A stretch of DNA of 64,000 bases from Podospora anserina (lineage: Eukaryota), in contig CM030336.1 in the NCBI GenBank assembly GCA_017654855.1, positions 2,914,001-2,978,000 on the forward strand, written 5' to 3'. The notes beneath the pieces were generated by a model, which saw only the letters and a program-made list of their open reading frames with translations, searched no databases and was not told the DNA's origin. This document shows, one piece after another, positions 1-14,048 of this stretch. Within the stretch, counting starts at the first letter, position 1. Each line of letters starts with the position of its first letter. Both the position numbers and the translations under genes were made by a program.

Positions 1-1703
1 ACCCGATCAATGACAGAGTGTCTTCGCTGAGCTGTCTGTATCGTGCTACTTCTTCATCGTTGAGCCAAGCCGAGATCTTAGCATCGCCAGGCTGATCACC
101 CCAGTAGTTTGTAGTGTGTTTCTCACTCCACTCGAAGAGGTCCCATTCCCATGTACAAAGCCTCTCGGTGACAATGTTGAGTGAGTGATATAGAAGGACC
201 TCCGACCGACCCAAGGTCGTCAAGTCCATGCCCGCCGTGTACACTGTAGAACACCGGGCAATAGTCTGCTCTCTCGGCGTCAGGGACTTGTCCGAATCGG
301 AGACTATGTACTCGAGATACGGGGCCAGGATCGCATGTGTAAGCTCATGGACCTTGGTAATAATCGCTTTCCGCTCGGCCTCGGTTCCTGATTTCCACTC
401 AAACGCTGCGCCAATCTCACGGGCCCGGGTGCCGTGTTGTGCGTGGATGGTGGTGAAAATGGCTTGCCAATTTATGCCCGAACACCTGTTCTCCTTTGAA
501 GTAGTAGATGATGTGATGGTCTGCAACCATGAGCGCACGCGGTTCACATCATCTGGTTGTATGTCGAGAAGTCGGTGTCCTTTTCTAAACCCCCATCCGT
601 TGACAAAGCTGTAGTTACCAACAAGCCTCCCGTGGTGCGATTTTGCAAGACTCGTAAGTTCTGGGTCATAAAAGGAGACCATGCGGCAGATGTCCAGCTG
701 GACTCGGTTTTCTGCCAGGCCGCCTTCCCGACCATAATGCCACGACGCACTACGGAGCCACTCATATGAGCCCTGCTCCGAGAATACATTGCCGAAACCT
801 CTGGGTGGTTGGCGATTTGGGTCGCGTGGAAGACCTTCTGGGTCCTCTTCCATGTTTCCGGGCACAGTGATATTGGTGACGAAGAGCGGTTGGAGCCGAG
901 AAGCATGGTAATCGCACACCAAGACTTCAAAACCGGCGTCCATTCGAACCACTCCATCAATTCCTAGCTTCTTTACCAGTTCGCAGAGATCAAGAGCGCG
1001 TTGGTCTTCATCGTAGATGAGGTCGTAGTCTGGATAAAGTGGGACACGGCCTTGAAGAATCGATATCTGAGAGTCTAATGTGCCCAGGGCGGTCAGTGTA
1101 GCGGACTGACCATCGAAGTAGATGATGTTGAGCGGTCGAGTTGTCCGGTAGACATGCAAGTTTGAACGGCCGAAACCACCGTAGATACCTACTGACATCT
1201 CTCTGCGTACAGGTTAGAATATCTCAAACCTATTCTTACACGGAGACATAAGAGATGATAGAGATCTGAGTTTAAAGTGAGCGAGCGTACGCGTCAAAAG
1301 CAAAAAACGTCGGCTTTTTGGGTGGACCGGGAGCATGTTTGGCATGGTACAAAACAGTTGCCGGTGCGATGCTCCCGGCCACTATGGAATGCCCATTTGG
1401 GGAGTATGAGTTTGGCCACTGTTGGAGGAGACCTTGGACCGAATCGAAGATGAAAGGTGCGACAGTCTGGAACTCGGAGGCGAGAGTTGGAGGTGGTTTC
1501 TGGACTGCACCCTCAAAGAGATGAAAGGAGGACCAAACGTCCAGTACGACATATGGCGCAGCTAAAAGGCTGAAGAATCCCAAAAACGCTATGGCATACA
1601 TGACCGGGTTACGCGGGCAAACTGTTGTCCTCTTCTCGAGAACACCAGGTGAAGCAAGATCAGAACCAGAGCTTCGAGTCGAAGGCGGCTTCGGTGACGG
1701 CAT
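1..1703 (-). CDS. Conserved fungal protein of unknown function with N-terminal TM anchor; 3' end runs off the window
   Basis: ATG 1703; intron ~1290-1203 (GTACGC..CTAAC..CAG) joins FFAFDA to EMSVGIYGGFGRSNLHVYRTTRPLNIIYFDGQSA...GIDGVVRMDAGFEVLVCD...EWLRSASWHY; frame stays open where I traced it toward position 1. Confidence 0.8.
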
Positions 1704-2524
1704 CGTAGTGAGCCCGTCTCATCGAAGGGGACAATTTCAATCGATGTGTGGTGCAAGGATTTGCTGTGTTATTGTTGGATCTCGGTGCGTGGGATGAAAT
1801 CAGTCGGGAAACTCTCAGGTGGTGGTGAGGAAATGTTGGGATGAATATCTTCATGCCACGTGTGGCCCGACAGTGACGAAGACAATTATCGGGGCGGTCA
1901 GCGGCATGAGTGGCTGCGGCTGTGAGTGAAACACGTGGTCCGCAATCTGGGCTGTGTTTGCCAGTTGCCTGACGAGAATGTGCACCTTTCCTGCACGTGC
2001 CGCCATGCGTGACAGCCTACAGGGGACAGTGCCACAGGTGTGGAAGGCAGCTAGAGGTCGTATCAAATCACTATTGTCTCTCAAATTCTATTTTGCCTGT
2101 ACCCCTACACGATCCTGCTGGGCCCATTTCACATGTAGCAATCTCAACACCAGCCTGCCAGCTTGTAGCACCTCACGACATTGGCTGAATTTGGATATCG
2201 ATACCATATAAAAAAAATGATAGTTTGGAGGCAGGAGAATGTCATCAACAACTAAGCTCAAACTTTCACAGTATTAAGTAGTCCCGCCCATAATTTGATC
2301 AAGCTTCTTGCCAGCTAAGGCGACGTGGTCACCGTAAAGAGCTTTCTATTCATGGTGCCATTCCCTAGTTCAATGACATCGCGTTCCAAGATTGCTGCGT
2401 TATAACCGCGAAAGTGCTCCACCCCGACCCGTGAAAGTGATGTGCAAAATCTGAGGCCCATGTCAACATTCGGTTTTCAAACTCCACCTGTCAAGGGGAT
2501 CCCGCAATCGGCGAGGGTGTCACA

Positions 2525-3455
2525 TTATACCTCAACGGCTGCCTCTGCAAACTTCCGGCTACAAGACTCATCGCAAGTGGCAAAAAGCCATATGTCATCG
2601 CATTTGGTACGCAATGTCTTCAAGGATTGCATCGTATGCTATGTGTCCGAAGTTAGCCGTGTTGATAACCATCAAGGGGAGTGTATTGATAGGTCCTTAC
2701 ACGAGGTATTCGTGACCCGATGATGCCCCAGCTTGCTTTACTTGACTTCGGTGGCGCAATACGTTCACCTCGTGACGATCGGTTGTTTGATTCGCACCAC
2801 TTTGAAGGGTATCCCGAGAAGTGTAAGTGTGATGACTCGAAGGTTTCCTGCCGCGGCATATCTGATGGCTAGAGAGACTTACATCTGCAAGAGCTTGCTC
2901 CTCTTTTGGTGTTTGAGGCTTTGGTATCAAATAGAGTCCGGTCTTCATTGCCGTAAGGTCCACCCTAGAAACAAAGATCAGACATTGGAATGGTTGGTCC
3001 TTGTTGTATCTCCACAAATCCCAGTTGCCTGTTTCGGCGAAGCAGCTCCAAGCAATCGCGAACTCGATGGAATTGGACCAATACACGGCCCGACCAGTAG
3101 AAAAATAGCTACGGCTGCGGGCAAAACGAATTGACGGGCCACGACAAGCGAACGAGTCTACCACTTCCGCATCAATGGCGTTACCACAGCCGTGGAAAAG
3201 ATACGAGGGCTCTGACTTGGCAATCACAGACTCGTGGTCAACAGCAGTAGGCGGCTGGTCAAGTCTGCCAAGGTAGGGCGCTAAGTCGGGACTTTTCGGG
3301 AAGTCTGCCAGACGAATGGTGATGTGGCGGACCGGGACATGCAGTGGAGGAGTACCATCCTGACGGTAGGATTCTTCGACCGCCTTGAGAGAAATGAGGC
3401 GCCGTGGTGGGGGTGGTCCTGGGAGCCACCAACGCCTGGGTTTGGCTTGGTCCAT
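2525..3455 (-). CDS. Hypothetical protein, possible ADP-ribosyltransferase-like (DUF3990-like) fold
   Basis: TATAAATA near 3540, ATG 3455; predicted exons 3455-2883, 2799-2701, 2638-2525; motifs YLFHGCG...SYFSTGRAVYWSNSIEFAIAW...WCESNNR...WGIIGSRIP...WLFAT. Fold call and 3' exons are inference. Confidence 0.55.
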
Positions 3456-3875
3456 TGACTTGGAAAGCCAAGATCCAAGTTCGTAGCCGTTAGAAAACAC
3501 ACGTGTAATGGATTGTTTAATGCTACTGGTCCTCATATTTATATCCGAGACCAAACATGCAGCCCGATCGAAGGGCCGTACATATACTGGTGTACACCCC
3601 GGACCACATTCAGGCCGTTTTCTAACCCCTCACCGCAGTTGGTAGTATCTCTTAAAGAAGGGTGTGTGGCGGCATATGCACTGTCCCAGCCAGTGGTTAG
3701 GTGCCGTTCCAGATTCAGTAGGTAGGCAGATGCTCTCCAAATCCCGCAAGCAAAAGGTGCCCCCACCTGATCGCAATCCCTTCAGTCAGGTAGACCTGAG
3801 GTAGCTGTGAGCCTCGTGTGGGAGGAGAGCAAATCTTAGTAATTGATCTTGTCTGAAAGCTACCCGCTGGTATCT

Positions 3876-5212
3876 TTATTTCCCAAGTCCAAAGCCTTTG
3901 CAGCCAACCCGATCTTTGCCACCAAGATGTCGAGTTTCTTGCCTGACGCCTGTCATTGTCTCTACCATCCACCAGCTGGTTTGTCTATGCATGGAACCAA
4001 CATTCACCTCATATTGTGACCCAGACTCTGTTTTGACAAATTGGTCAGCGGGATGGCTACATGTCTGCTTCATTGAAAGGGCCACTCACTGATGGCGGAA
4101 GTTTCCAGGTTAATTTCTGGAACAGAAACCTCGTTGTCTGGGGCGATAATGGACGAGAATCCAGAAGCCACGCTTTGATAGAAGACCAGAATGTCTTCAG
4201 CGTGTTCATCTACGGCATTTCCCCGTCGCAATTCCGCCCATATTCCGTGAATGCAGGACCGAACCAGCAAGACTGCTATCTTGTCGACATCACCTTCGAT
4301 CTCTCTTGGGAACACATCGCTTTGGGGAAAGACTTGCTCATACCCAAGATAGGCCTTGGGTGCCTCAGTTGCTGCCGATATCAGTAGATGGAACTGGTCC
4401 TCAGGATCTGAAGCGAACACTTCAACTGCCAGGCTGAACTTTTCAGTCCTAGTCTTGAAGGTGTCCGCCACTTCAGAGTGTAGGATCTCCTCGAACCGCT
4501 TCATTGCATGCCTGGGAACATGGGCGGTCACCCGAATGCTCTGTAGCTTGCCGCGACGTTCCAGGATGAAGGCGGGAAGAGGTTTTGACAATGGTTTAAT
4601 CCAAGCAACCATCTTGCCCGGGTATTTCTTGTTTTCTGTATGCCATCCCTGTTCCTGTTCAGGCTCTAGCTTCAGGTTTTCGCTGCCGATGCCGATAAGT
4701 CCTAAGGTGGGTAGTAGGACTTGTTGAAGGTATGGAAAGGACGGTGCTTTCACACATAGCGTACCCGCCCGGATGGTCAGTCGGAGGCCATCGTTATTGT
4801 TGAGGCGGGACGCGAAGCCATTGGAATGGGCAGCGATATGTCCAAAAAGGAGATAGGGAAGCATGGCGATGAGAAAGATAGAGGCGGATCCCTCAACTGT
4901 GATGTCCATCTCGAGAGGTAAATGCTTGGCGGAAACTGCGGAATCGGCGTGGGGGTTGAAAGTCATCTGGCGACTGGCCGGGAGATTTCCCGTCACCTCG
5001 GCCGATGCCAGCTCGGCCAAAGTTGCAATGGCGACGGTATGCTCCGGACGAAGCCCGCCAATGCCAGGTCTGTTTGCCCTGATAGAGTGAATGGTGACCG
5101 GACGGTTGAGCAGGCTGGAGTAGGCGATAGCATAACGAATCAAGCCCCCGCCGCCCTCGTAGGTAGTACCGTCGAGGGTAAGGGGGGGAAGGCGGTTTTG
5201 TCGGTTACTCAT
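3876..5212 (-). CDS. RNA 3'-terminal phosphate cyclase-like protein (RtcA class)
   Basis: LDGTTYEGGGGLIRYAIAYSSLLNRPVTIHSIRANRPG..GLRPEH N-terminus; AVDEHAEDIL; intron 4089-~4028 joins C-terminal GSMHRQTSWWMVE...CKGFG carrying the predicted adenylated His. Confidence 0.85.
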
Positions 5213-5630
5213 GGCGTTGAAAAGCGTCCAGAAATCCCAGGAAAGCACATGGAAAGAAGCGATCACAATACTGAAGAGGATGAGAAATCGGTATCGACGA
5301 GGTAAATGGGAATATGGAGCAGAACAAGTGGGCATCTTCTCAACAGCAGAAGTGGTTTGGAGAGTGAAACAAGCCCATATGGAGCGATCCATGATGAGGA
5401 AGAGAAGACGAGGCTCCGTCAAGGTGGGGTGAACTCGCCGCAGGTTGCCGATTCCAACCATTTTCATGATTGAACGCCGAGGCCCAATCAATGTGCTTCA
5501 GGTATAACATGGGTCGCGCCCCAGCTGGGAGAACTTGCCAACTGCTCGAATAAAGAGACAAACCAGCACAAACATGACTGCATGTTCCCAACAAATCTGC
5601 CTCATACCACACGCCACTCTGGGAACCAAC

Positions 5631-6953
5631 ATGGAAGGATTCGTCCCTCAGTACGAGCCGTGCGAGGCTCTGGTCCAAGAATTTCTCTCCACCGTTCAAG
5701 ACAAGGAAGTTGCTGACGAAAAAGCATTGCTGCCACGCGCTCCATCCATGGCCTGGAACGCCAACGAACTGGGGGATAGCTATGTTACTCATCTGACCGA
5801 TGAAGAGCGTGACGAGATTGTTGGAGCCTGCGCTGCATTCGCTGGTAGGAGGTAGCACACACCACCTATTGAAGCACCTGCTGAGTATTGTCTCTTTGCA
5901 TTCGATAGCATCTACGCGGTCGCTCCATGAACTCGACAAGTCGTCCTTTCCCCTCCCCCTTCTGGGACAGAAGCTTGCCGCCATCCGTGCAAGTCTCCAC
6001 GATGACCTCGGAATAGCTGTTTTGCGCGGGTTGGACCCATCAATCTGGTCGATGAGGGAAACCTTTGTCGCGTTTGCCGGGCTCTCAAGCCATGTCTCAA
6101 GAGAACGTGGACGGCAAGCCGGGAACAAAATGATTGGTATTTTGGATTCCAGGACCCCGCTGCCCCACCTCAACCACCAGCGCTAACCACTTCGGCTTAG
6201 TGCACATCACTGATTTAGCTTCATCGTCGAAGGCGGCTCTTCCCGCGCCTTATCGAAATACTCCACTGGTAACAAAACCAACGTCATATTTCAACCGAGA
6301 CCGCGTCAAATGGCTAATAACCTTGCTTATCTCAGTCCTTTCATACCGACCCAGTAGCTGATGTAGTTGCCATGTTCGTGATTGAGGCGTCGTCAGAAGG
6401 GGGCCAGGGCATTTTCTGCCCGGTCGCGTCCATCTGCAACCATCTCGCTGCCACCTGTCCCAGCCTGCTTCAGGAGCTGGCCAAGGCGGACTGGCCCTTC
6501 GACCGACCTCCCGATGGCGTCGGTTCCTTCTATCGACGCCCAGTCATGTATCTCAACAGCACTACTGGGGCACCCGAGATGCTGTTTAGCCGCGGTGCTC
6601 TCATTCGCTCGCCCCAGGGCTTCCGGCCCAGCGACGTACCTCTACTGACAGTTCGCCAGAATGCTGCTCTGGACGCCATACACTTTGCAGCAACTTCAAA
6701 AGCCCTGAAGGTTGTCTACCGCCCAGGTGACGTTTTGTTTTTCAACAACCGCCGGGTACTCCATGGTCGCGAGGCATTTACGGACGACAGTGTGAACGGA
6801 ACCAGACATCTGCTCCGCCTCTGGTTGCGTGATGAGGAGCTTGCAGGCACACCACCACACCCACTCGACATGCTGTGGAACTTGAGGTTTGCACCTCCCC
6901 GACCGGATGAGGACGAGGCTGCCACTTGGCCGTCAACCCCTCATTGTGTCTGA
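5631..6953 (+). CDS. TauD/TfdA (clavaminate synthase-like) Fe(II)/2OG dioxygenase
   Basis: Four exons; SFPLP..LG, GIAVLRGLD, RGRQ, FHTD (HxD), GDVLFFNNRRVLHGREAF (distal His), RHLLRLWLRD; alternative start 5574. Confidence 0.9.
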
Positions 6954-7292
6954 TAACTTTGGAGGTTGGAGAGTGACCCATGAGTCTCTGCAAGTACAAG
7001 TACAAGCTTGCACACAGTACCAATGATAAGCCAATCATAACGTCGTATGTTCTGACCGGCGTACGCAGTGATTACTGAACTATATTTCAGGCAACCCCTT
7101 CAATCGATGGAGGCATGTTAATCTGACCCCTTGCCGTGGGTTCTTCCACCAATCTAATCAATCGTTCAACAGGTAGGTGCACTGATATGTTCACACCATG
7201 TAGCCCAGGGATACTGGACGCCGCGTAATCAATAAAAAGGCATGGCACTCCCCGGAATCCGATGACCGGTGAATATCGGCTTACAGCAATAA

Positions 7293-8839
<1,547 letters not shown>

Positions 8840-8843
<4 letters not shown>

Positions 8844-11800
8844 TCCTGCAGTTTTGCAATCTCCGCCTCCCTCCAACAAGTCTTTCTCCCCCATCTCAAC
8901 CGAATAGTCTCGCCGACCGCCAGCGGCAGGTAACCTTGGAAACTGAACTTGTTAGGATCCATAGAAGCAAGTTGTGCGACTGGACGCTTTCCAAGCCCCG
9001 GAATGTCCCATGGCGCCACTCGTCCCGCGTCTGGGCTGTTCAGGATGTTGCGGAGTTGCTTCAGATCCGAGTCACTGTATTGTAACAACTTCCGAACGAG
9101 AAGCAACAGGCAGACGTTAAGGTAGTAATCTGCATTCTTTGTATTACCCATCTCCTCAGAGACCTTCCTGTAACTTGAGAACCGCCTCTCTGCCTCAGTC
9201 AACGAGGGTTGGTCTCCGCGTGAGGCGAGAATAAGTCCAGCAGTGGTGTCACAAGCCGAGGATAGAGGGTGTATCTTTCCTACCGCGGCAACAAGAACAT
9301 CGTGCGAAGTCTCAAGGGCTGCCAAGGCATCCGTTGTGTTGCCGGCGTAGAATAAACTCCTTGCAATGTTGACAGACACTGTCGCGGTGCAGTAATGGCC
9401 CTCCCCAAGCCGGTTAGTCAGAACTTTGTGAGCCTTCACAAAGTATGGCATGGGGTCTTCGGTCTTGCGTGCCCAGGCGACCCGTCCCAGGTTGTTCAAC
9501 ACCATGGCATAATGTGGATGTTCTTTTCCTAGAAGTTGTGCGAATGAGTCGAGACACCTTGCCAGCAAATCCTGCGCCTCATTATGTTTGCCTTCTGCGT
9601 GCAAGACCTCTGCGTGGTCGTTGGCTGCCATCAGGGTATACGGGTCATCCCAGCCGAGCAGACGCTCGAAGCGGTTGTAAGCATCCAGTGATTTTTCCCG
9701 AGCAACGTCGAGGTGGCCCATCTCTCTCTCCGCGGCGCCCCATGAGTCAATGAAGCGGAACACCACGGGATGGTCCAACATGTCTCCGGATAGGTGGCTC
9801 ATGGTCTTTTCAAACGCGTTCCTGGCCCGTTCAACCTCGCCCTTGGCCTGCCAGATCTCGCCCATCTCATACAAGTCAGTTATAGTCTCGAAGCTCTCAG
9901 GACCAAACGTCTGCTCGACCGTGTCCAGGCAATCCCGCATTACTGACTCGGCCTGGTCAAATTTGCCTTGCTGGCGCAGAACTCCTGCCATGTTCCCGCG
10001 CAACCGCAGTGTCAGGTGGTGGTCAAGACCCATGACCTGAATGAAACTGTTCCTGATGAGATTATAGGTCTTTTGTGCTTCGTCGAATTTACCGTCATGG
10101 TCAAGGGTCACAGCGTAGTTGCTGAGCGTCTTCAGCGTTCCTGGATCATCCCTACCGAGGTGGATTTCGGAAGCTTTAATTGCCTCGCGATATATCGATT
10201 CCGCTTCCCTCAGTCGGCCCTGGTTATGAAGGCACAAGGCGAGATTGTGTGCTGCAGCCATAGTCCGGGGACCCTGCATCCCTGATGCCTTCTCCTCCTG
10301 TTCATACAGCTTTCTAAACATGCTTTCTGCCTCCTTCAGCCTACCAGCCCGCTCAATTGTCGAAGCCAGGTCATTCAGTACGTTCAGTGTCTTCGAATCT
10401 GTCGGGCCTAGCTTTTGTTCGTATAACTTCAAAGCCTGTCTGCAATATGCCTCGGCTCTACTCATGTCTCCGTCATGACGCGTGGCGAGTGCGAGCTTAT
10501 GGAGTAGGAGGATGGTTCGCTTGTGATCCTGCCCCAGATACTTCTCGTAGAGCGGCTTAGACTGCTCGAACTGCTTCCGTGACAGTGGCCAGGCGTTGTG
10601 GTGCAGATTCGACAGCGCGCAGAGAGCTAGCAGACATGCGTACTCCCTGACTTCCAGTCCCCGCGCTGGTGCTTCTCGGATGAGAGCCATTGCTGCAAGC
10701 AGGCATTTGTCGACCCAAACATGCTCCTCGACTGTACCGTCCTCTTCCGGCATCATGTGATACACGACTTCAATACCCGCGGTCGTCCATTTTCGGATAG
10801 CATCTTGCGGGATAGAAGCCCGGACCGACTTCCGAGTAAGATCGTGCATCCATAAAACTCGATTGGCGTTCCGGACACGATGTACCAGACTAAGATCACA
10901 GAGCTTCGCTATGGCTCTCTCTCTCCGTACTTCGTCTTGGAAAATATGTATCAAATCATCGGCAGGGTGCCACGTTGGTTCGTCTTTGTCAGCAGGAGGA
11001 TTGTCCGGCAATTTTTTGAAACAGTTCAAGGCGCTCAAGCATCCAATAAATCTTCTGGAAGATTGTTTCGGAGCCGCTCCAATGTCGGCTGCAAAACCAG
11101 CGCTTCTGTCTGGGCGGAGCCAGGCCTCGAAGAGCGGAATTGTTTCGGGTTCGAGCAAAGAATAGAACTTGAGAACAATGAGAGCATCTGGATGTACCGC
11201 TTCGAGTGAATCAAACACCAGGCCCAGATGTTTGCCGAGTGAGGATCGTTGAGCCTTTTCCTTGATGCCGTCATCGGCGGCACCATCCAAAGCGTCCCCC
11301 CACTCCAGGACCTGCATTCCGGGTCTTGTAAGCATACTGAAACCTCAACGCTAGGTGTCGACTGGGGTGGTTTTCCGTGCAGGCTCGACTTACCCGTTCA
11401 GGTGTGTTATTGTACCTGGCCAAGAAGTCACTCGGCTTCAGATGATTGACTCTGATGTACGATGCTGCTTGTTCAATGGCGTGAGGCATCAGAGCCATGG
11501 CTTTCACGATGTCTACCTTCTCCTGCTGCTCCATGTTGCCAGGCTCAATCTCAGCCTCACTGACGAACATCTCGATGGCGTCGTCCAAATCTAGCTCAGG
11601 CATCGAGAGGCAGGATTTGGAGTTGCAGATATCTCTGACGACCTTTTGGGACTGCGAAGTGACAATTACATGCCCCTGAGCGGCAGAGGGAATGATTTCC
11701 AAGACAGGATTGGCTGTTTCCGAGCTCAAGTTGTCGATTAGCAGCAACCACCGTTCATGTTGGCTGAGCCAGTCGCGTAGCTCTTGAATCTGGGCACTCG

Positions 11801-13390
11801 CATTGTCTGCGTGTTGGCGAAGACCCAAAGTTTCCAGCGTTTCCCGGATGGAGTCGAGAAGCTTGACTCTAGAGGATGCAACAAGGAACAGTTGCGATGT
11901 ATAGCAGGTGCGAAAGGTGGCTTCGTACTTAAGCATCTAATAGCAGTAATCCAGTCAGCAATCAAGCAGTCCAACACACCACAAGCTGCATGGCTTATCC
12001 TACCAACTGAGTCTTGCCAATGCCTGTGAGGCCATGAATCCCTACACGAGCTCCATTGTTCTTCTCGTTTTCTGGGTCAAGCGTTTGTTCGAGGAATTTA
12101 AGCTGAGGCTCTCTGCCAACGAAGTCCTGCGACAGCAGTCCGGGTACCATGTTGTGAGCACCGGGATGGTTTGAAGATGAGCCGTCGCTGCTGTGTTTCG
12201 CCCGAAGGATGTCGAGGATAAGGGATATATCTTTGCCTAGAGCTAACTTGGGAGTCAGAATGCGGGGAAACTGGCAAGGGATGAGGCCAAGGCGTCATGG
12301 ATGTCCGGGACGCCAGGGAAGCATCATAGCGATGGATGAAGAATGCAAGCGATAGAAATTCACTTACTGTCAAGGTTAAGCAAGGTCATGGCCGCTGCAA
12401 TGTCATGAACAAGACGGCTTTGCGTCTCGATGGCCTTCAAACAGGTTTTGAGTGGGCTGTCCGCTTGTGTGGCATGACGAATTGTGGCCCCTGTAAAAGC
12501 AATTCAGTAGGTATTTGGATTGAGAAGTGGTAAGTGTTAATCGGGGTTTGCCGTAACGATGGTCCCTGAGGAATGAGGGCAGCATTGCTCCCAGTGCCAA
12601 GACGCATTGCTCAGTTGTGCAACCTTTGTGCATCGTTACGGTCATGTGCAGGGTGCAAACCGAGGGTCAGATAGACAAGGGGTTCTTGGAGGTATATGTA
12701 CATGTCACTTACATTTGGGTGATTTGGCAACCCTCCGCGCCAAGATGCCGAAGGTGAGATATTCAACATAAATAGCCACCATTGGTGCCCGCAGCGGCAT
12801 GTCACCTTCATCCGTACGTATTTTGAGACACTCTGTGTACTTTGAATGGACGGGGAAGTAACGGACGAGGCTCTCGATGCCAGTGGTGATCAATGTAGGC
12901 ACATGTGCCACTTCTCGCGCGATCTGCGGTAAACACAATCATTAGGGTGGGTCTTCATGTAGGTGGCTGCAGAACCGAGGTATCTTACCTCGATAAGAAT
13001 CTTCATGGATCCCCATACAAGACAGGCTGTAGGCTCAACTTGACAGAGTGTGTCAAGTCCACTCTTGAAGAGTCGTAGAGGCTCGAACATCTTGCTGATA
13101 AACTCAAAAAACCGGTGGAATTTAGTGCTGTATTTTCCATCATTGCGAATATCTTGAAGAGTATCAAGAGCATGCTGTTCCGTGAGGGGGACGCGAGATT
13201 CGGTAGCGGTCCGGAACGAGCTGTATTCCTTCAACGTAAACTCTCCAGGTACTTTTTTGCGCAAATCGGCGAGCGCATCTTCATAGATGTCGGTCCATTC
13301 AACCCCATTACTCGGCAATAGCGGAGATGCAACAAGTGTGGGTGTTGGCGAGAGGCCCGGGAAGGTTGGCGATGTTGTTGAGGAAGACAT
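8840..13390 (-). CDS. Fungal NLR: helical N-terminal domain (Goodbye-like) + NB-ARC-type STAND NTPase + TPR array
   Basis: ATG 13390; exons splice in frame; ACLVWGSMKILIE; DFVGREPQL; P-loop GIHGLTGIGKTQL (~12005-12045); Walker B WLLLIDNL; MALMPHAIEQAASYI; WMHDL; TPRs such as HNLALCLHNQGRLREAESIYREAI and LGKEHPHYAMVLNNLG. Confidence 0.9.
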
Positions 13391-14048
13391 TACCGGCGCA
13401 CTGCAAAGTATACTGGCGACTGGATAATTGCTTGCCGACTCGAGCAGAGAGTAGCACCACATCACACCCTGAAATGGAGCACAGGGGCCGCGTCCTTTTA
13501 TCATCTATCTAGCCACCCATATTTATTGTACCAGCACGCAGGCATCTCTGTTAGGCCGTCGGTCTGCGGCCTACTTGAAATGGCCCAATCGCCAACTATT
13601 ACAGCAGTCCAGATGAGGCGACGATGGACATCAGGCTCTCTCGTTCCGTGTCTTTGAGTGATACAGTCACTCTCACTCGAAGACACATTGTAGCAAGCTG
13701 AGAGATATACCTACCTATCCACTGTCAAGTCATGCGGCAAGCGACATTTTGCATGGCGCGAGACGCGCCACCAAACTGCAACTTTGAGACGAACTGTTAT
13801 CACTGGCCAGTCACCCCACACCCTCTCTTGCGTGAAATGCCTATCGTGCCCAACTTAGTTGGGGATGCCGCCCGATTGATGTGATTGCCGTGGATTTTCT
13901 TGCAGTGCAGAATACTTTGAACTTTGCTCGCTCGCCTTGATTGACAACTTTATGTACAGCGCCCCCCCAAGGCAGGCACGGCCAACATAAGCTCTCTTTC
14001 CTGTTTTCCCACCTTGACCTGAAGCTCCTTCCACCGACGGATCTCAAT

